Positions 1-8,582 of a DNA stretch of 64,000 nucleotides are shown here, piece by piece (the stretch's first letter is position 1; every line of letters starts with the position of its first letter). A program made the translations under genes and the position numbers. Below the pieces are notes generated by a model, which saw nothing but the letters and a program-made list of their open reading frames with translations, ran no database searches and was not told the origin of the DNA. The stretch is from NCBI GenBank assembly GCA_944372545.1, contig CALVZO010000008.1:7352-71351 (forward strand). Reading direction: 5' to 3'. Source of the DNA: an uncultured Bacilli bacterium (GTDB lineage Bacteria; Bacillota_I; Bacilli_A; RF39; UBA660).

Positions 1-1453
1 GAACTCCATTAATTTGGGCTCTTTTAGCATATAATTTTAATAATTCTTGTGATATATCTTTAGCCTTATTTTTAACATACATTTTTGTCTTTTGCCATGC
101 AGTTGAATTTAAATGATTTATTTTAGGAGGTAACCCATCTTTACCAGTATATTTATAAATTAAATTTATTTTTTCTACAGGTATATATATTTTATCATTA
201 CCAGCATATAGTAATTGAATATAATCTTTTTCTAAACCATCTTTTTTTAAAGTAACTAAACCATTATAAATACCAATACCATGATTTATATGAACAATAT
301 AATCCCCTTTTTCTAAATCATTATAATTTTTTATTCTTTTGCCAATATGTAATTTACTTTTATATTTAACTTCTTTATTTACATGAATGCCAATATCATT
401 TTCACTAATATAAATAAGGTTACCAATAATAAAGCCTTTATTTAATTTTTCTTTTTTTATGATAGCACTAGGAATTAATTCTTTTATTATTTTTATTTCT
501 TTATCTTTAGTTAAATAAAAATATATTTGATAATCTTTTTCTTTACTTAAGCACCACTCTTTTAAATAATTAAAGTCTTCATTAAAATTCGGAACTTCAC
601 TAGTAACAAAATTATTGGGATTATTAATTGTATCAATATATAACTCATATTTAGGATTAATCTCTCTAAATTCATACATTAATTTTTGATAATCTTCATT
701 ACTTTGTTGATATTCAAATATTTCTTCTTCTAGTTTTTGATAAGCATTATCTATTTGTTCTTTATTTAAGTAGACAACAATACCATCATTTGTATAATCA
801 TATAAAGAGTTATATTCATTTGTTTTTATTTCCTCGATTGGTTTAATACAAATACTATCTATTTCTTCTAAAGTTCTTTGGGTTGATTCATCAAAATAAC
901 GAATAGACTCAATTAGATTACCAAAAGTTTCAATTCTAATGGGATGATTTTCATTAACTAAATAAATATCAATTATATAACCTCTTAAAGAAAATTCACC
1001 AGTCATTGTTACAATTGACTCTCTGGTATAACCATATTTAACTAAGTTTTCAATTAAAATATCTCTATTAATTTCACTATTTTTATTAAGTTTTATAGTA
1101 TTTTCTTCTAATTTATTTGGTAAATACTTTAAATACCCCATTAAATTAGTAATAATTATGTTATTATCTTCTTTTAATTTATCTAAAGTATTTAATCTTT
1201 CAATTTTAAATTCAGGAGATTTTGCCAAAACCATTGATGTTACAAAGTCGTCCATGGGAAATAATAAAACATTATCTGTATATGTTTTTAGACTATTATA
1301 TATTTTATTACTTTCATATAAATTACTTGTTAAAAATATAACATTTTGTTTCTTTTGAGAAAATAATTCTAGCACGTAAAAAGCGATTAACTCATCAGTT
1401 AACCCATAAGTAATACTGTTATTTTGATAATTAAAGTATTTACTTAAATTCAT
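1..1453 (-). CDS. mfd: Transcription-repair coupling factor Mfd, N-terminal part (C-terminus runs off the left window edge)
   Basis: My own minus-strand translation from ATG (1453..1451) is open down to position 1. It is missing from the ORF track because no stop lies in the window. Starts MNLSKYFNYQNNSITYGLTDELIAFYV and contains IRYFDESTQRT and GDYIVHINHGIGIYNG (TRCF/CarD-like RNAP-interaction region). AGAGG RBS; directly downstream of pth as in Bacillus. Confidence 0.9.
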   Translation of the reverse strand, partial: MNLSKYFNYQNNSITYGLTDELIAFYVLELFSQKKQNVIFLTSNLYESNKIYNSLKTYTDNVLLFPMDDFVTSMVLAKSPEFKIERLNTLDKLKEDNNIIITNLMGYLKYLPNKLEENTIKLNKNSEINRDILIENLVKYGYTRESIVTMTGEFSLRGYIIDIYLVNENHPIRIETFGNLIESIRYFDESTQRTLEEIDSICIKPIEEIKTNEYNSLYDYTNDGIVVYLNKEQIDNAYQKLEEEIFEYQQSNEDYQKLMYEFREINPKYELYIDTINNPNNFVTSEVPNFNEDFNYLKEWCLSKEKDYQIYFYLTKDKEIKIIKELIPSAIIKKEKLNKGFIIGNLIYISENDIGIHVNKEVKYKSKLHIGKRIKNYNDLEKGDYIVHINHGIGIYNGLVTLKKDGLEKDYIQLLYAGNDKIYIPVEKINLIYKYTGKDGLPPKINHLNSTAWQKTKMYVKNKAKDISQELLKLYAKRAQINGV

Positions 1454-1461
1454 ATTTACCT

Positions 1462-2010
1462 CTAAAAATTATCTAATTCCATAGATTTTTCGATACCTTC
1501 ATTAATAAATGTCTTAATTATATTATTGAATATATCCATATTTTTATTAATTATTTCTAATTCTTCACTGCTAAATTTTGATAAGACATATTTATCTACA
1601 GGAATTTGACTTGATTTACCAATACCTATTTTTAATCTTGCAAAATTTTGACTACCTAATTCGGAAATAATTGACTTAATACCATTATGACCACCAGAAG
1701 AACTATTACGTTTAATTTTAAATGTCCCAATACTCATATCTAAATCATCTTGAATTATAAGTATGTTTTCAATTGGTATTTTATAAAAATTAACAATTTT
1801 TGAAACTGCTAAACCAGATAAATTCATATATGTAAGTGGTTTAATAAACGCAATTTGTTCACCATTTACTTCCGTTAAGTAAAAATAATTTTCTAGTTTT
1901 GTTTTCCAATTAACTTTCCCTAAGTAATTATCTATTACCATAAACCCGATGTTATGTCTTGTATTTTTATATTCTCTACCGGGATTACCTAAACCCACAA
2001 TTAATTTCAT
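1462..2010 (-). CDS. pth: Peptidyl-tRNA hydrolase
   Basis: MKLIVGLGNPG...TRHNIGF N-terminus and GGHNG motif typical of Pth; 182 aa. Confidence 0.95.
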   Translation of the reverse strand: MKLIVGLGNPGREYKNTRHNIGFMVIDNYLGKVNWKTKLENYFYLTEVNGEQIAFIKPLTYMNLSGLAVSKIVNFYKIPIENILIIQDDLDMSIGTFKIKRNSSSGGHNGIKSIISELGSQNFARLKIGIGKSSQIPVDKYVLSKFSSEELEIINKNMDIFNNIIKTFINEGIEKSMELDNF

Positions 2011-2723
2011 ACATCCTCCTCAAAAATATGTTGATAACTTTTTAAATTTTCAATACTTTTAATCTTTATTTTTACGCCCTTATTACTACCTTTAATACAT
2101 CTTACTAATGTAATAGTTGGATCTTTATCACATTTAGTTTTTATTAGCATAATATTTTTAACATTTAAGTTATATGTATAACCTAAATTTATTATTTCAT
2201 CTAATCTATCTGCTCTATGAACTAAATAGAACTCTTTACCATCATCTAAATGACTTGAAGCAATATTAAAAATATTATCTAAATCAATTTTAATTTCATG
2301 TCTTGCTATTGCTAATTCTGAAAAATCATTAATTATACTGTTTTCATTTACTTTAAAATACGGCGGATTACATGTAATTATATCATATTTTTGATTATTT
2401 ATGTAATCATCTATATCTTTTATATCGGCATTATATAATGTAATTTGCTTATCTAACTTGTTAAAATTTATCGATTTAATTCCAAGTTCATAAATAGTAG
2501 GTTGTATTTCAAAGGCCGTAATTTTCTTATTTGTTTTTGTTGATAATATTAAAGGTATGGGAGCATTACCACTACATAAATCTAAAATATAATTAGTATC
2601 TTGTTTTACTTTAACATATTCTGCAAGTAATATAGAATCTAGTGAAAATTTAAAATTTCCTCTTATTTGATATATTTTTAAATTTTCATAATCAAATAAA
2701 TCATTTAACACTTCTTGTTTCAT
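2007..2723 (-). CDS. SAM-dependent N6-adenine methyltransferase, YabB / TrmN6-like
   Basis: CNPPYF (NPPY) catalytic motif and a DLCSGNA SAM-binding loop. Follows the yaaT homologue as yabB does in B. subtilis. The start overlaps the upstream gene by 23 nt, so the exact start is uncertain. Confidence 0.75.
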   Translation of the reverse strand: MKQEVLNDLFDYENLKIYQIRGNFKFSLDSILLAEYVKVKQDTNYILDLCSGNAPIPLILSTKTNKKITAFEIQPTIYELGIKSINFNKLDKQITLYNADIKDIDDYINNQKYDIITCNPPYFKVNENSIINDFSELAIARHEIKIDLDNIFNIASSHLDDGKEFYLVHRADRLDEIINLGYTYNLNVKNIMLIKTKCDKDPTITLVRCIKGSNKGVKIKIKSIENLKSYQHIFEEDV

Positions 2724-3477
2724 CTAAAGAAAACTCTTCTTTATTACCATTTATTAATACTTTATATTTTCGATTTAATATATCAACACTTATTACATTT
2801 CCTTCTCCTAAAGGTGTATTTATTTTTTTACCAACACTTGTCATATTTTTACTGCACTCAATATAATTTTTATCTTCATATTCTAGGCAACATAGTAATC
2901 TACCACAAACACCATTTATTTTTGATGGATTTAAAGCAAGATTTTGATTTTTAGCCATATTCATAGAAATTGAATCAATACGATTTAAAAATCTCATACA
3001 ACATAATGGCTCACCACAAACTCCAACTCCCCCAATTTCTTTGGCTTTATCTCTTGCTCCAATTTGTCTTAGTTCTATTCTTGTATGATAAATACTAGCA
3101 AGTTTTCTGGCAAGTTCTCTAAAATCTACTCTTTCATCAGAGACAAAATTAAAAAGTAATTGCTCTTTTCCAAAAGTAAATTCAGCACTTATTACATTCA
3201 TATTCAAATTTAATTTTTTTACTAAATCTTTGCATTTTTTTAAAGCATTATCACTATCTTTTAAAAGATCATAATACTTATTTGTATCTTCCTCAGTTGC
3301 AATTCTGATAATACTCTTATATGGCATTTCATCACCACTTGTAATTGCTACAACTTCTCCATATTGTAATCCTTTTTCTGTTTCAACAATTACTTTATCA
3401 TTTACTTTATACTCATCACTTGCATTAAAATAATACTTTTTGCCATTTTTTTTGAATACTACACTATATATTTTCAT
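2701..3477 (-). CDS. ricT: PSP1-domain protein, stage 0 sporulation protein YaaT / RicT
   Basis: PSP1 C-terminal domain with a cysteine cluster (GVCGEPLCCMRF...GVCGRLLCCLEYE); immediately downstream of holB. Confidence 0.85.
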   Translation of the reverse strand: MKIYSVVFKKNGKKYYFNASDEYKVNDKVIVETEKGLQYGEVVAITSGDEMPYKSIIRIATEEDTNKYYDLLKDSDNALKKCKDLVKKLNLNMNVISAEFTFGKEQLLFNFVSDERVDFRELARKLASIYHTRIELRQIGARDKAKEIGGVGVCGEPLCCMRFLNRIDSISMNMAKNQNLALNPSKINGVCGRLLCCLEYEDKNYIECSKNMTSVGKKINTPLGEGNVISVDILNRKYKVLINGNKEEFSLDETRSVK

Positions 3478-4270
3478 TGTTTATTCCGTCCATTTCTAAA
3501 ACAAAACTATCAAGTAATAAATTCTCATTAACATTATAATTTATTTTATTTAAGTAACTTGTAATTAATTTTACTTTTGCATATATGTTATTTTTACTTA
3601 AATTATTTAAATAATCACAAACATCATGATTTATTTTATCATAATTATTAACTAATTTACTATGATAAATTTCTAACATTATTTTAAATATATTTATTAA
3701 ATCAGACTTTTCATACTCAGAAATTTTCAAATTATTAAGTATTAATTTCCTCTTATTTACTTCAAGTTCTTTTAGATAATTAGTAATAACTTCTAAATAT
3801 TCAGTGTATTTTTCTTTAGTTATACTTAAATCTTCCTCTAGTGTATTATGAAAAGATAAATCTATATGTTGACATCTACTTTGAATAGTAAGCATAACAT
3901 TATCTATATGATTTGTTAGAAAAAAACTAATTACATTACCATCAGGCTCTTCTAAAAATTTTAACATCGTATTAGCGGCTTCTTTATTCATCTTTTCGGC
4001 ATTTTTTATAATATATACTTGTTCTTTTGTAATAACAGAACTTTTAGAAAAAGAATTTTTTAAGGCTAGAATTTGGTCTTTTTTAATAAAATTACCATCA
4101 GGTTCAATAATTTTTAAACTAGGTAAATTGTTTATATCTATTAAATGACATAAAGAACATTTATTACTATTATCTTCATATTCACCACAAAAAATATTCT
4201 TTATAACATTTAAAAGAATTTTCATCGTTTCATCTGTATTATTAGAAGAAATCAAATAAGCATGAGCCAT
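3464..4270 (-). CDS. holB: DNA polymerase III delta-prime subunit (short N-terminus)
   Basis: HAYL motif, Cys-rich zinc module (CGEY..C.LCHL), KMNKEAANTMLKFLEEP and SRCQ sensor motif. 268 aa; the HAYL motif sits at the very N-terminus. Confidence 0.8.
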   Translation of the reverse strand: MAHAYLISSNNTDETMKILLNVIKNIFCGEYEDNSNKCSLCHLIDINNLPSLKIIEPDGNFIKKDQILALKNSFSKSSVITKEQVYIIKNAEKMNKEAANTMLKFLEEPDGNVISFFLTNHIDNVMLTIQSRCQHIDLSFHNTLEEDLSITKEKYTEYLEVITNYLKELEVNKRKLILNNLKISEYEKSDLINIFKIMLEIYHSKLVNNYDKINHDVCDYLNNLSKNNIYAKVKLITSYLNKINYNVNENLLLDSFVLEMDGINNENI

Positions 4271-4332
4271 TTTTCCTTCTTTATAATATTTTATTAATTG
4301 TTCTAACTCACTACCTACTATAATAATCCTCC

Positions 4333-4521
4333 TTATTTAATAATAAAGAAAATTGCAAAAATAGATAATAAACCAGGTACACCAAGAAGTGTTGTCATGC
4401 TTAATGTTATATAATTAATTGGAATACATATTCCAACTTTACCAAGTATTAAATTAATACCATAGATTAAACCGAACGCAAACACTATTTTTTTTAGTAA
4501 TGTACCTAGTTTATTTTTCAA
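4333..4521 (-). CDS. bofA: Small two-TM membrane protein, BofA-like (pro-sigma-K processing inhibitor family)
   Basis: 62 aa, hydrophobic, with a LLGVPGLL motif. Lies just downstream of recR, where bofA lies in Bacillus. Confidence 0.55.
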   Translation of the reverse strand: MKNKLGTLLKKIVFAFGLIYGINLILGKVGICIPINYITLSMTTLLGVPGLLSIFAIFFIIK

Positions 4522-4558
4522 GTTATCACCTAGTAAAATATATGAAGCATATCTCTTA

Positions 4559-5161
4559 TTATTCAGAGATTTTTTTCCTATCTTCTAAGGCCTTATCTAA
4601 GGTAATTATATCTAGGTAATCTATTTCGGCTCCAATTGGTATACCATATGATAATCTTGAAATTGTAACATTTTTGTTTTCAAAAATTTTCTTTATATAT
4701 AATGTTGTTGTTTCACCTTCGATTGATGATTTTAATGCTAAAATTAACTCGGGATTTTGTAATTTATTTACCCTTTTTACTAAAGAAGAAATGTTTATGT
4801 CTTCTGGGTTAACACCTTCCATCGGGGAAATTAACCCATTTAATACATGATAAACTCCTTTATAATTTCCTACCTTTTCAAATGAAAAAACACTTTTATA
4901 ATCTTCAATTACACAAATAAGATTTTTATCGCGATTAGAGTCACTACATATTTCGCAAATGTTTCCTTCACAAATATGACCACATATTTCACAATTATTT
5001 AGTTTCTTTTTTACATTTTTTAAAGCATCACTAAAAGTATTAATATCTTCTTCTTTAAAATCAATTGTAGCAAGCGCTAACCTTTCGGCAGATTTTTCAC
5101 CAATTCCAGGCAATTTTTTATAATAATTAATTAATTTTTGTAATGTTTCTGGATAAATCAT
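4559..5161 (-). CDS. recR: Recombination protein RecR
   Basis: HhH N-terminus (LPGIGEKSAERLA), C4 zinc finger (CEICGHICEGNICEIC), Toprim domain. Confidence 0.95.
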   Translation of the reverse strand: MIYPETLQKLINYYKKLPGIGEKSAERLALATIDFKEEDINTFSDALKNVKKKLNNCEICGHICEGNICEICSDSNRDKNLICVIEDYKSVFSFEKVGNYKGVYHVLNGLISPMEGVNPEDINISSLVKRVNKLQNPELILALKSSIEGETTTLYIKKIFENKNVTISRLSYGIPIGAEIDYLDIITLDKALEDRKKISE

Positions 5162-5461
5162 TTACATCAACCCATCTAATGCACCAGCATATTTGCCTAA
5201 TTTTTCGTTCATTGCTTCGTTTATTTTTATGAAAGCATCTTTTGTTGCAATTTGAATCATATCTTCTAAAATTTCTTTTTCATCATCAGATATACTGCCT
5301 TCTTTTGTAATTTTAACATTTTTAATTACACGGTCACCGGAAAAAGTAATTTCAACCCACTCAGATTTACCAAGAAATTCCATTTTTTCTAATTCTTCTT
5401 TTTTAGCAGTTATTTCTCTTTGCATTTTTTGGGCTTGAGCCATTAAGTTTTGCATATTCAT
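5162..5461 (-). CDS. ybaB: Nucleoid-associated protein YbaB/EbfC (YaaK)
   Basis: 99 aa with the typical MQNLMAQAQKMQ start; conserved dnaX-ybaB-recR order. Confidence 0.9.
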   Translation of the reverse strand: MNMQNLMAQAQKMQREITAKKEELEKMEFLGKSEWVEITFSGDRVIKNVKITKEGSISDDEKEILEDMIQIATKDAFIKINEAMNEKLGKYAGALDGLM

Positions 5462-5473
5462 ATAATCACCTCC

Positions 5474-7036
5474 TTAAATAATTTCAACTTTTGTGATATC
5501 AAAGACATCATTAAGTATTTCATCACTATTATTAAATTCTTCTTTGATATAAGTATATTTTACATTATTTTTTAAATTTTCGATATATTTTTGTTTTTCT
5601 ACTTCCCATTTATCTTTCGATGCAAAGATAAACTTTATATCATTTTTATTAAAATTTTTAAATTCATTTTCTAGCAAATCAACTAAATTATTTGCGATTT
5701 TTGAAGCATAATTGTCCTCTACGCAAAATACTCCAATAAAGGGAGATGCCGTAACTAAAGTAGCATCTAATAAAATAGATTTTATTTTGCCATCAATATA
5801 CGAAGAACTTAGAAAATTAGTTATCAAAGATTTTAAATTTTCTAAATCATTTTTTGTTGCATTAACAAAACAATTATTTATTCTGATATCTATCAAGTTA
5901 TTATAATCTTTTAATTCCATTTCTTTAGGGTTATCTATATTTATATTGTTCTTTTCTTCTTTTTCTTGAAGTTTTGCTGGAGTAGTAATTGTTTTTTTAT
6001 TATCACTTCTTTTTACATCAATATAATTTAATAAAATAATCTCTAATATTGTATAAGCATCAACATTAATATTAATCTTATTTAAAGTATCGGCTAGTTC
6101 AATAATTATATTTTTATAATCAAGATATGATAATCTTTTAACTTCAATATTTTTCTTAACATAAATTATTTTTTTACTTAAATATTCAATAATCTTTTTA
6201 ACAAGATATTTATAGTTTATTGCGTTATTCCTAAAATTATCTATTTCCTTTATTACATTATCAATATCATTACTTTCAATATTTTGAAATAATTCTTCAA
6301 TGGTACTTTGAGAAACAATTTTTATTTGATTTTCAACTAATTCCAAAGATATATTGTCAGTATTCTTAGATAATTGATCTAGTAGACTTAAAGCATCTCG
6401 CATTCCGCCTTCCGAAAGATAGGCAATTTCCTCTAATACGCCATCTTCATAATGTATATTTTCTTCCTTACAAATTTTTTCTAAACAATTTACTATATCT
6501 TTAATTTTTATTTTTTGAAAATCAAATCTTTGACATCTTGATAAAATTGTAATAGGCACACTTTCGATATTTGTGGTTGCTAAAATAAAGACTACATGTT
6601 TAGGTGGCTCTTCTAAAGTTAGCAATAAGGCATTAAAGGCACTTGTTGTAAGCATATGAACTTCATCAATTATGTAAACTTTAAATTTACCATTTGAAGG
6701 TGTTAATTTGATATTATCAATTAAATTTCTTATTTCATCAACACCGTTATTTGAAGCAGCATCTATTTCAATAATATCAGGATTTTCTGAAAAGTTCTTA
6801 CAGAACTCACAATTTCCACATGGAGAACCGGTGTCGTTATTAAGGCAATTAATTGCTTTTGCAAATACCTTAGCAGTACTTGTTTTTCCAGTACCTCTTG
6901 GACCAGAAAATATATATGCGTGTGCAATACTTTGATTAATTATAGAATTTTTTAAAGTAGTTATTATATAATCTTGACCAATGATATTTTCAAATGTGTT
7001 TGGTCTGTATTTTCGATATAGTACTTTGTAATTCAT
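5474..7036 (-). CDS. dnaX: DNA polymerase III subunit gamma/tau
   Basis: YRKYRP...GQ, Walker A GPRGTGKTS, zinc module CGNCEFC, DEVHML, SRCQRF. Confidence 0.95.
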   Translation of the reverse strand: MNYKVLYRKYRPNTFENIIGQDYIITTLKNSIINQSIAHAYIFSGPRGTGKTSTAKVFAKAINCLNNDTGSPCGNCEFCKNFSENPDIIEIDAASNNGVDEIRNLIDNIKLTPSNGKFKVYIIDEVHMLTTSAFNALLLTLEEPPKHVVFILATTNIESVPITILSRCQRFDFQKIKIKDIVNCLEKICKEENIHYEDGVLEEIAYLSEGGMRDALSLLDQLSKNTDNISLELVENQIKIVSQSTIEELFQNIESNDIDNVIKEIDNFRNNAINYKYLVKKIIEYLSKKIIYVKKNIEVKRLSYLDYKNIIIELADTLNKININVDAYTILEIILLNYIDVKRSDNKKTITTPAKLQEKEEKNNINIDNPKEMELKDYNNLIDIRINNCFVNATKNDLENLKSLITNFLSSSYIDGKIKSILLDATLVTASPFIGVFCVEDNYASKIANNLVDLLENEFKNFNKNDIKFIFASKDKWEVEKQKYIENLKNNVKYTYIKEEFNNSDEILNDVFDITKVEII

Positions 7037-7091
7037 GATGGCTTATTCCTTTCATGAATAATTATATCATGTTTTTTACGTTTTTTTATTT

Positions 7092-7508
7092 TTATTTACG
7101 CAAATCTTTAAAAAAACTATTTAATAAATTATTATATTCTGCAAGCATGCTATTGGAAACGTTTGTTTGTATATAGTTTGGCTCATTATTATTATAAATA
7201 CTACTTTTTGATACCAAATAATACACCTTTTTTATTCGTGCTTCTTTAATAACTTGCTTGCACATTTCGCATGGCTCTAAGGTAACGTACAGTTCACAAT
7301 TGTCTAATCGCCAGTCCTTTAATTTTTTTTCTGCTTTTAATATACAGTTTATTTCCGCATGACCTGTTATTTTATATTTGTTTTGGCGGTCATTATGTGC
7401 ACTTGCAACAATTTTATTGTTATACACTATAGTTGCTCCAACAGGGATTTCCTTTTTTTTGAACGCTTTTTTTGCTTCCTTTACAGAATTTATCATAAAT
7501 TTATTCAT
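7092..7508 (-). CDS. tadA: tRNA-specific adenosine deaminase
   Basis: CDA zinc motifs HAE and PCEMC; 138 aa. Confidence 0.9.
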   Translation of the reverse strand: MNKFMINSVKEAKKAFKKKEIPVGATIVYNNKIVASAHNDRQNKYKITGHAEINCILKAEKKLKDWRLDNCELYVTLEPCEMCKQVIKEARIKKVYYLVSKSSIYNNNEPNYIQTNVSNSMLAEYNNLLNSFFKDLRK

Positions 7509-7520
7509 AGACTACTCCTT

Positions 7521-7603
7521 AAAATAAAAAAGCACACACAAATAGGGAGTGACGTGGCTGCTGTCTTCCAACTCTGACCAAATTACACTATATTTGTTGT
7601 GCA
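7521..7603 (-). ncRNA. ffs: Small (4.5S-type) signal recognition particle RNA: a single hairpin with its U-run terminator
   Basis: The minus strand reads GCACAACAAAUAUAGUGUAAUUUGGUCAGAGUUGGAAGACAGCAGCCACGUCACUCCCUAUUUGUGUGUGC UUUUUUAUUUU. It contains the domain IV signature GGUCAG..GGAA tetraloop..AGCAGCC. The terminal arms pair, and a U-run follows. Confidence 0.75.
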
Positions 7604-7608
7604 AATTA

Positions 7609-7637
7609 ATAATAACACATTACTTAATTATTAGCAA
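7609..7637 (-). promoter_or_regulatory. Sigma-A type promoter for the SRP RNA (-35 TTGCTA, 17-nt spacer, -10 TATTAT)
   Basis: On the minus strand, TTGCTA (7637..7632) is followed by a 17-nt spacer and TATTAT (7614..7609), about 6-7 nt upstream of the first paired G of the RNA. The -35 directly abuts NBS-like palindrome copy 1. Confidence 0.5.
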
Positions 7638-7639
7638 AA

Positions 7640-7655
7640 TATTTCCCGGGAAATA
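7640..7655. promoter_or_regulatory. NBS-like palindrome copy 1: TATTTCCCGGGAAATA (exact Noc-binding-site 16-mer)
   Basis: Perfect 16-mer inside a 20-bp perfect palindrome (7638..7657). Confidence 0.8.
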
Positions 7656-7827
7656 TTCTGCAGTTAAATTGCTAAAACACTACCAATTTTATTAATTTGG
7701 TAATTATTCAGTTAAACAATTTATTTTAAAAATGTTTTAAGAATTAATATCAAATTAAAAACAATTGCAAAAATATGTATATTTTTAACACAAAATCTTT
7801 ATTTAAAAAGTTGTTTTTCAAAAAAAA

Positions 7828-7843
7828 TATTTCCCGGGAAATA
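7828..7843. promoter_or_regulatory. NBS-like palindrome copy 2: TATTTCCCGGGAAATA
   Basis: Perfect 16-mer inside a 30-bp perfect palindrome (7821..7850: A7-TATTTCCCGGGAAATA-T7). Confidence 0.8.
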
Positions 7844-7848
7844 TTTTT

Positions 7849-7876
7849 TTGCCAATTTTACAATTTTGACAATAAT
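7849..7876 (+). promoter_or_regulatory. Promoter-like spacing TTGCCA-N16-AATAAT, 6 bp downstream of NBS copy 2
   Basis: -35-like TTGCCA (7849..7854) and -10-like AATAAT (7871..7876). The same architecture recurs at 7973..8000 (TTGTCA-N16-AATAAT), 8688..8715 (TTACCA-N16-AATAAT) and, more weakly, 8860..8887. No ORF lies downstream. Confidence 0.3.
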
Positions 7877-7890
7877 CCGACTTGTTTTTT

Positions 7891-7912
7891 TACCAATTTT
7901 ATAAAATTGGTA
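7891..7912. repeat. Perfect 22-bp palindrome TACCAATTTTATAAAATTGGTA (second repeat family)
   Basis: Identical to 8730..8751. About a dozen imperfect relatives occur only inside the island, starting near 7681, 7851, 7975, 8016, 8046, 8141, 8690, 8762, 8862, 8894, 8925 and 9017. Confidence 0.8.
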
Positions 7913-7952
7913 CATTTTTCAAAAAATTAGAAGTCGCTATCACCCCAAAAAA

Positions 7953-7968
7953 TATTTCCCGGGAAATA
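7953..7968. promoter_or_regulatory. NBS-like palindrome copy 3: TATTTCCCGGGAAATA
   Basis: Perfect 16-mer inside a 28-bp perfect palindrome (7947..7974). Confidence 0.8.
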
Positions 7969-8106
7969 TTTTTTGTCAATTTGTTAATTTTGGTAATAAT
8001 CATAACTGCTTTTTGCTATTTTTATCAAATTGGTAGTTATATAATTCCAATTATATTAAAATGGTAATACTTTTGTATTAATTTAACAAACTTACATTGA
8101 TAAAAT

Positions 8107-8122
8107 TATTTCCCGGGAAATA
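8107..8122. promoter_or_regulatory. NBS-like palindrome copy 4: TATTTCCCGGGAAATA
   Basis: Perfect 16-mer inside a 28-bp perfect palindrome (8101..8128); the flanks differ from the other copies (TTATTT instead of ATATTT). Confidence 0.8.
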
Positions 8123-8284
8123 ATTTTATACTAAATTTTCTGAATTGGTAATATATAAAACTAATTTAATTATTATAAAACTTGTTTACTATAAATTTAT
8201 TTCTTGTCTACATAAAAAATTCAAAATAATTTTAAAAAATAGTTTTAATTCATTCAACTGTTTTTAGCATCGATGTTTAATTGA

Positions 8285-8300
8285 TGTTTCACGTGAAACA
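8285..8300. promoter_or_regulatory. parS: parS site 1: TGTTTCACGTGAAACA (perfect ParB/Spo0J centromere consensus)
   Basis: Exact match to the Firmicute parS consensus TGTTNCACGTGAAACA, embedded in a 34-bp perfect palindrome (8276..8309); intergenic. Confidence 0.85.
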
Positions 8301-8566
8301 TCAATTAAATGCAAAATATATAATGCTCTAATAATTACTCAAATTTATATATAATTGTATTAAATTTAGTTAAATTATTTATTTAATTATACCTTTGTTT
8401 TAAAAAGGGTTATTGGTTAGTATATTATTTTAATAAAAAATTGAATATATCTAATAATATTAAAAAAATTATATACCAAAATATGCTTTTATTTAATAAT
8501 TTTACATTTTTAATTAATATTATGTTTCAAAATGAAAATGCACGTTTAAATATTGAACATAGAATA

Positions 8567-8582
8567 TGTTTCACGTGAAACA
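8567..8582. promoter_or_regulatory. parS: parS site 2: TGTTTCACGTGAAACA
   Basis: Exact parS 16-mer inside a 26-bp perfect palindrome (8562..8587), 282 bp from site 1; intergenic. Confidence 0.85.

Larger units (their letters stand above)
7947..8128 (+). repeat. ~180-bp direct repeat, copy A (NBS - TTGTCA..AATAAT - CCAAT/ATTGG palindromes - ..AACAAACTTACATTGATAAAA - NBS)
   Basis: Aligns by eye with 8836..9016 at roughly 80% identity with small indels. Shared blocks: CAATTTGTTAATTTTG, TTTTTGCTAxTTTTATxAAATTGGT, TATATAATTCCAATxATxTTAAAATGGTAATA, AACAAACTTACATTGATAAAA. Confidence 0.8.

Noticed and set aside
1158-1358. 66-aa plus-strand ORF at the left end
   Set aside because: It lies antisense inside the mfd reading frame, which is open on the minus strand from 1453 to 1.
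5474-7036. Programmed frameshift in dnaX (tau/gamma) as in E. coli
   Set aside because: I saw no slippery A-AAA-AAG heptamer followed by a stable hairpin at the expected domain III boundary. A single full-length product is the normal case for Firmicutes.
7359-7577. 72-aa plus-strand ORF overlapping tadA and the SRP RNA
   Set aside because: It is antisense to a well-supported CDS and to the SRP RNA, and it has no RBS.
7891-7912. CCAATTTTATAAAATTGG palindromes as CodY boxes (AATTTTCWGAAAATT)
   Set aside because: The arms resemble the CodY motif, but the centre is one nucleotide shorter (AATTTT-AT-AAAATT, 14 nt instead of 15) and lacks the CWG core. Only the element near 8143 (AATTTTCTGAATT) comes close, at 11/15.
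7882-8067. 61-aa plus-strand ORF from the track inside the repeat island
   Set aside because: It has a TTG start and no RBS, it runs straight through the palindromic repeats, and its product is low-complexity Phe/Ile-rich. It is an artefact of AT-rich repeat DNA.
8522-8540. A third parS-like site (TGTTTCAAAATGAAAA)
   Set aside because: Only the left half-site matches. The central CGTG is replaced and the spacing is off, so it is at best a decayed half-site.
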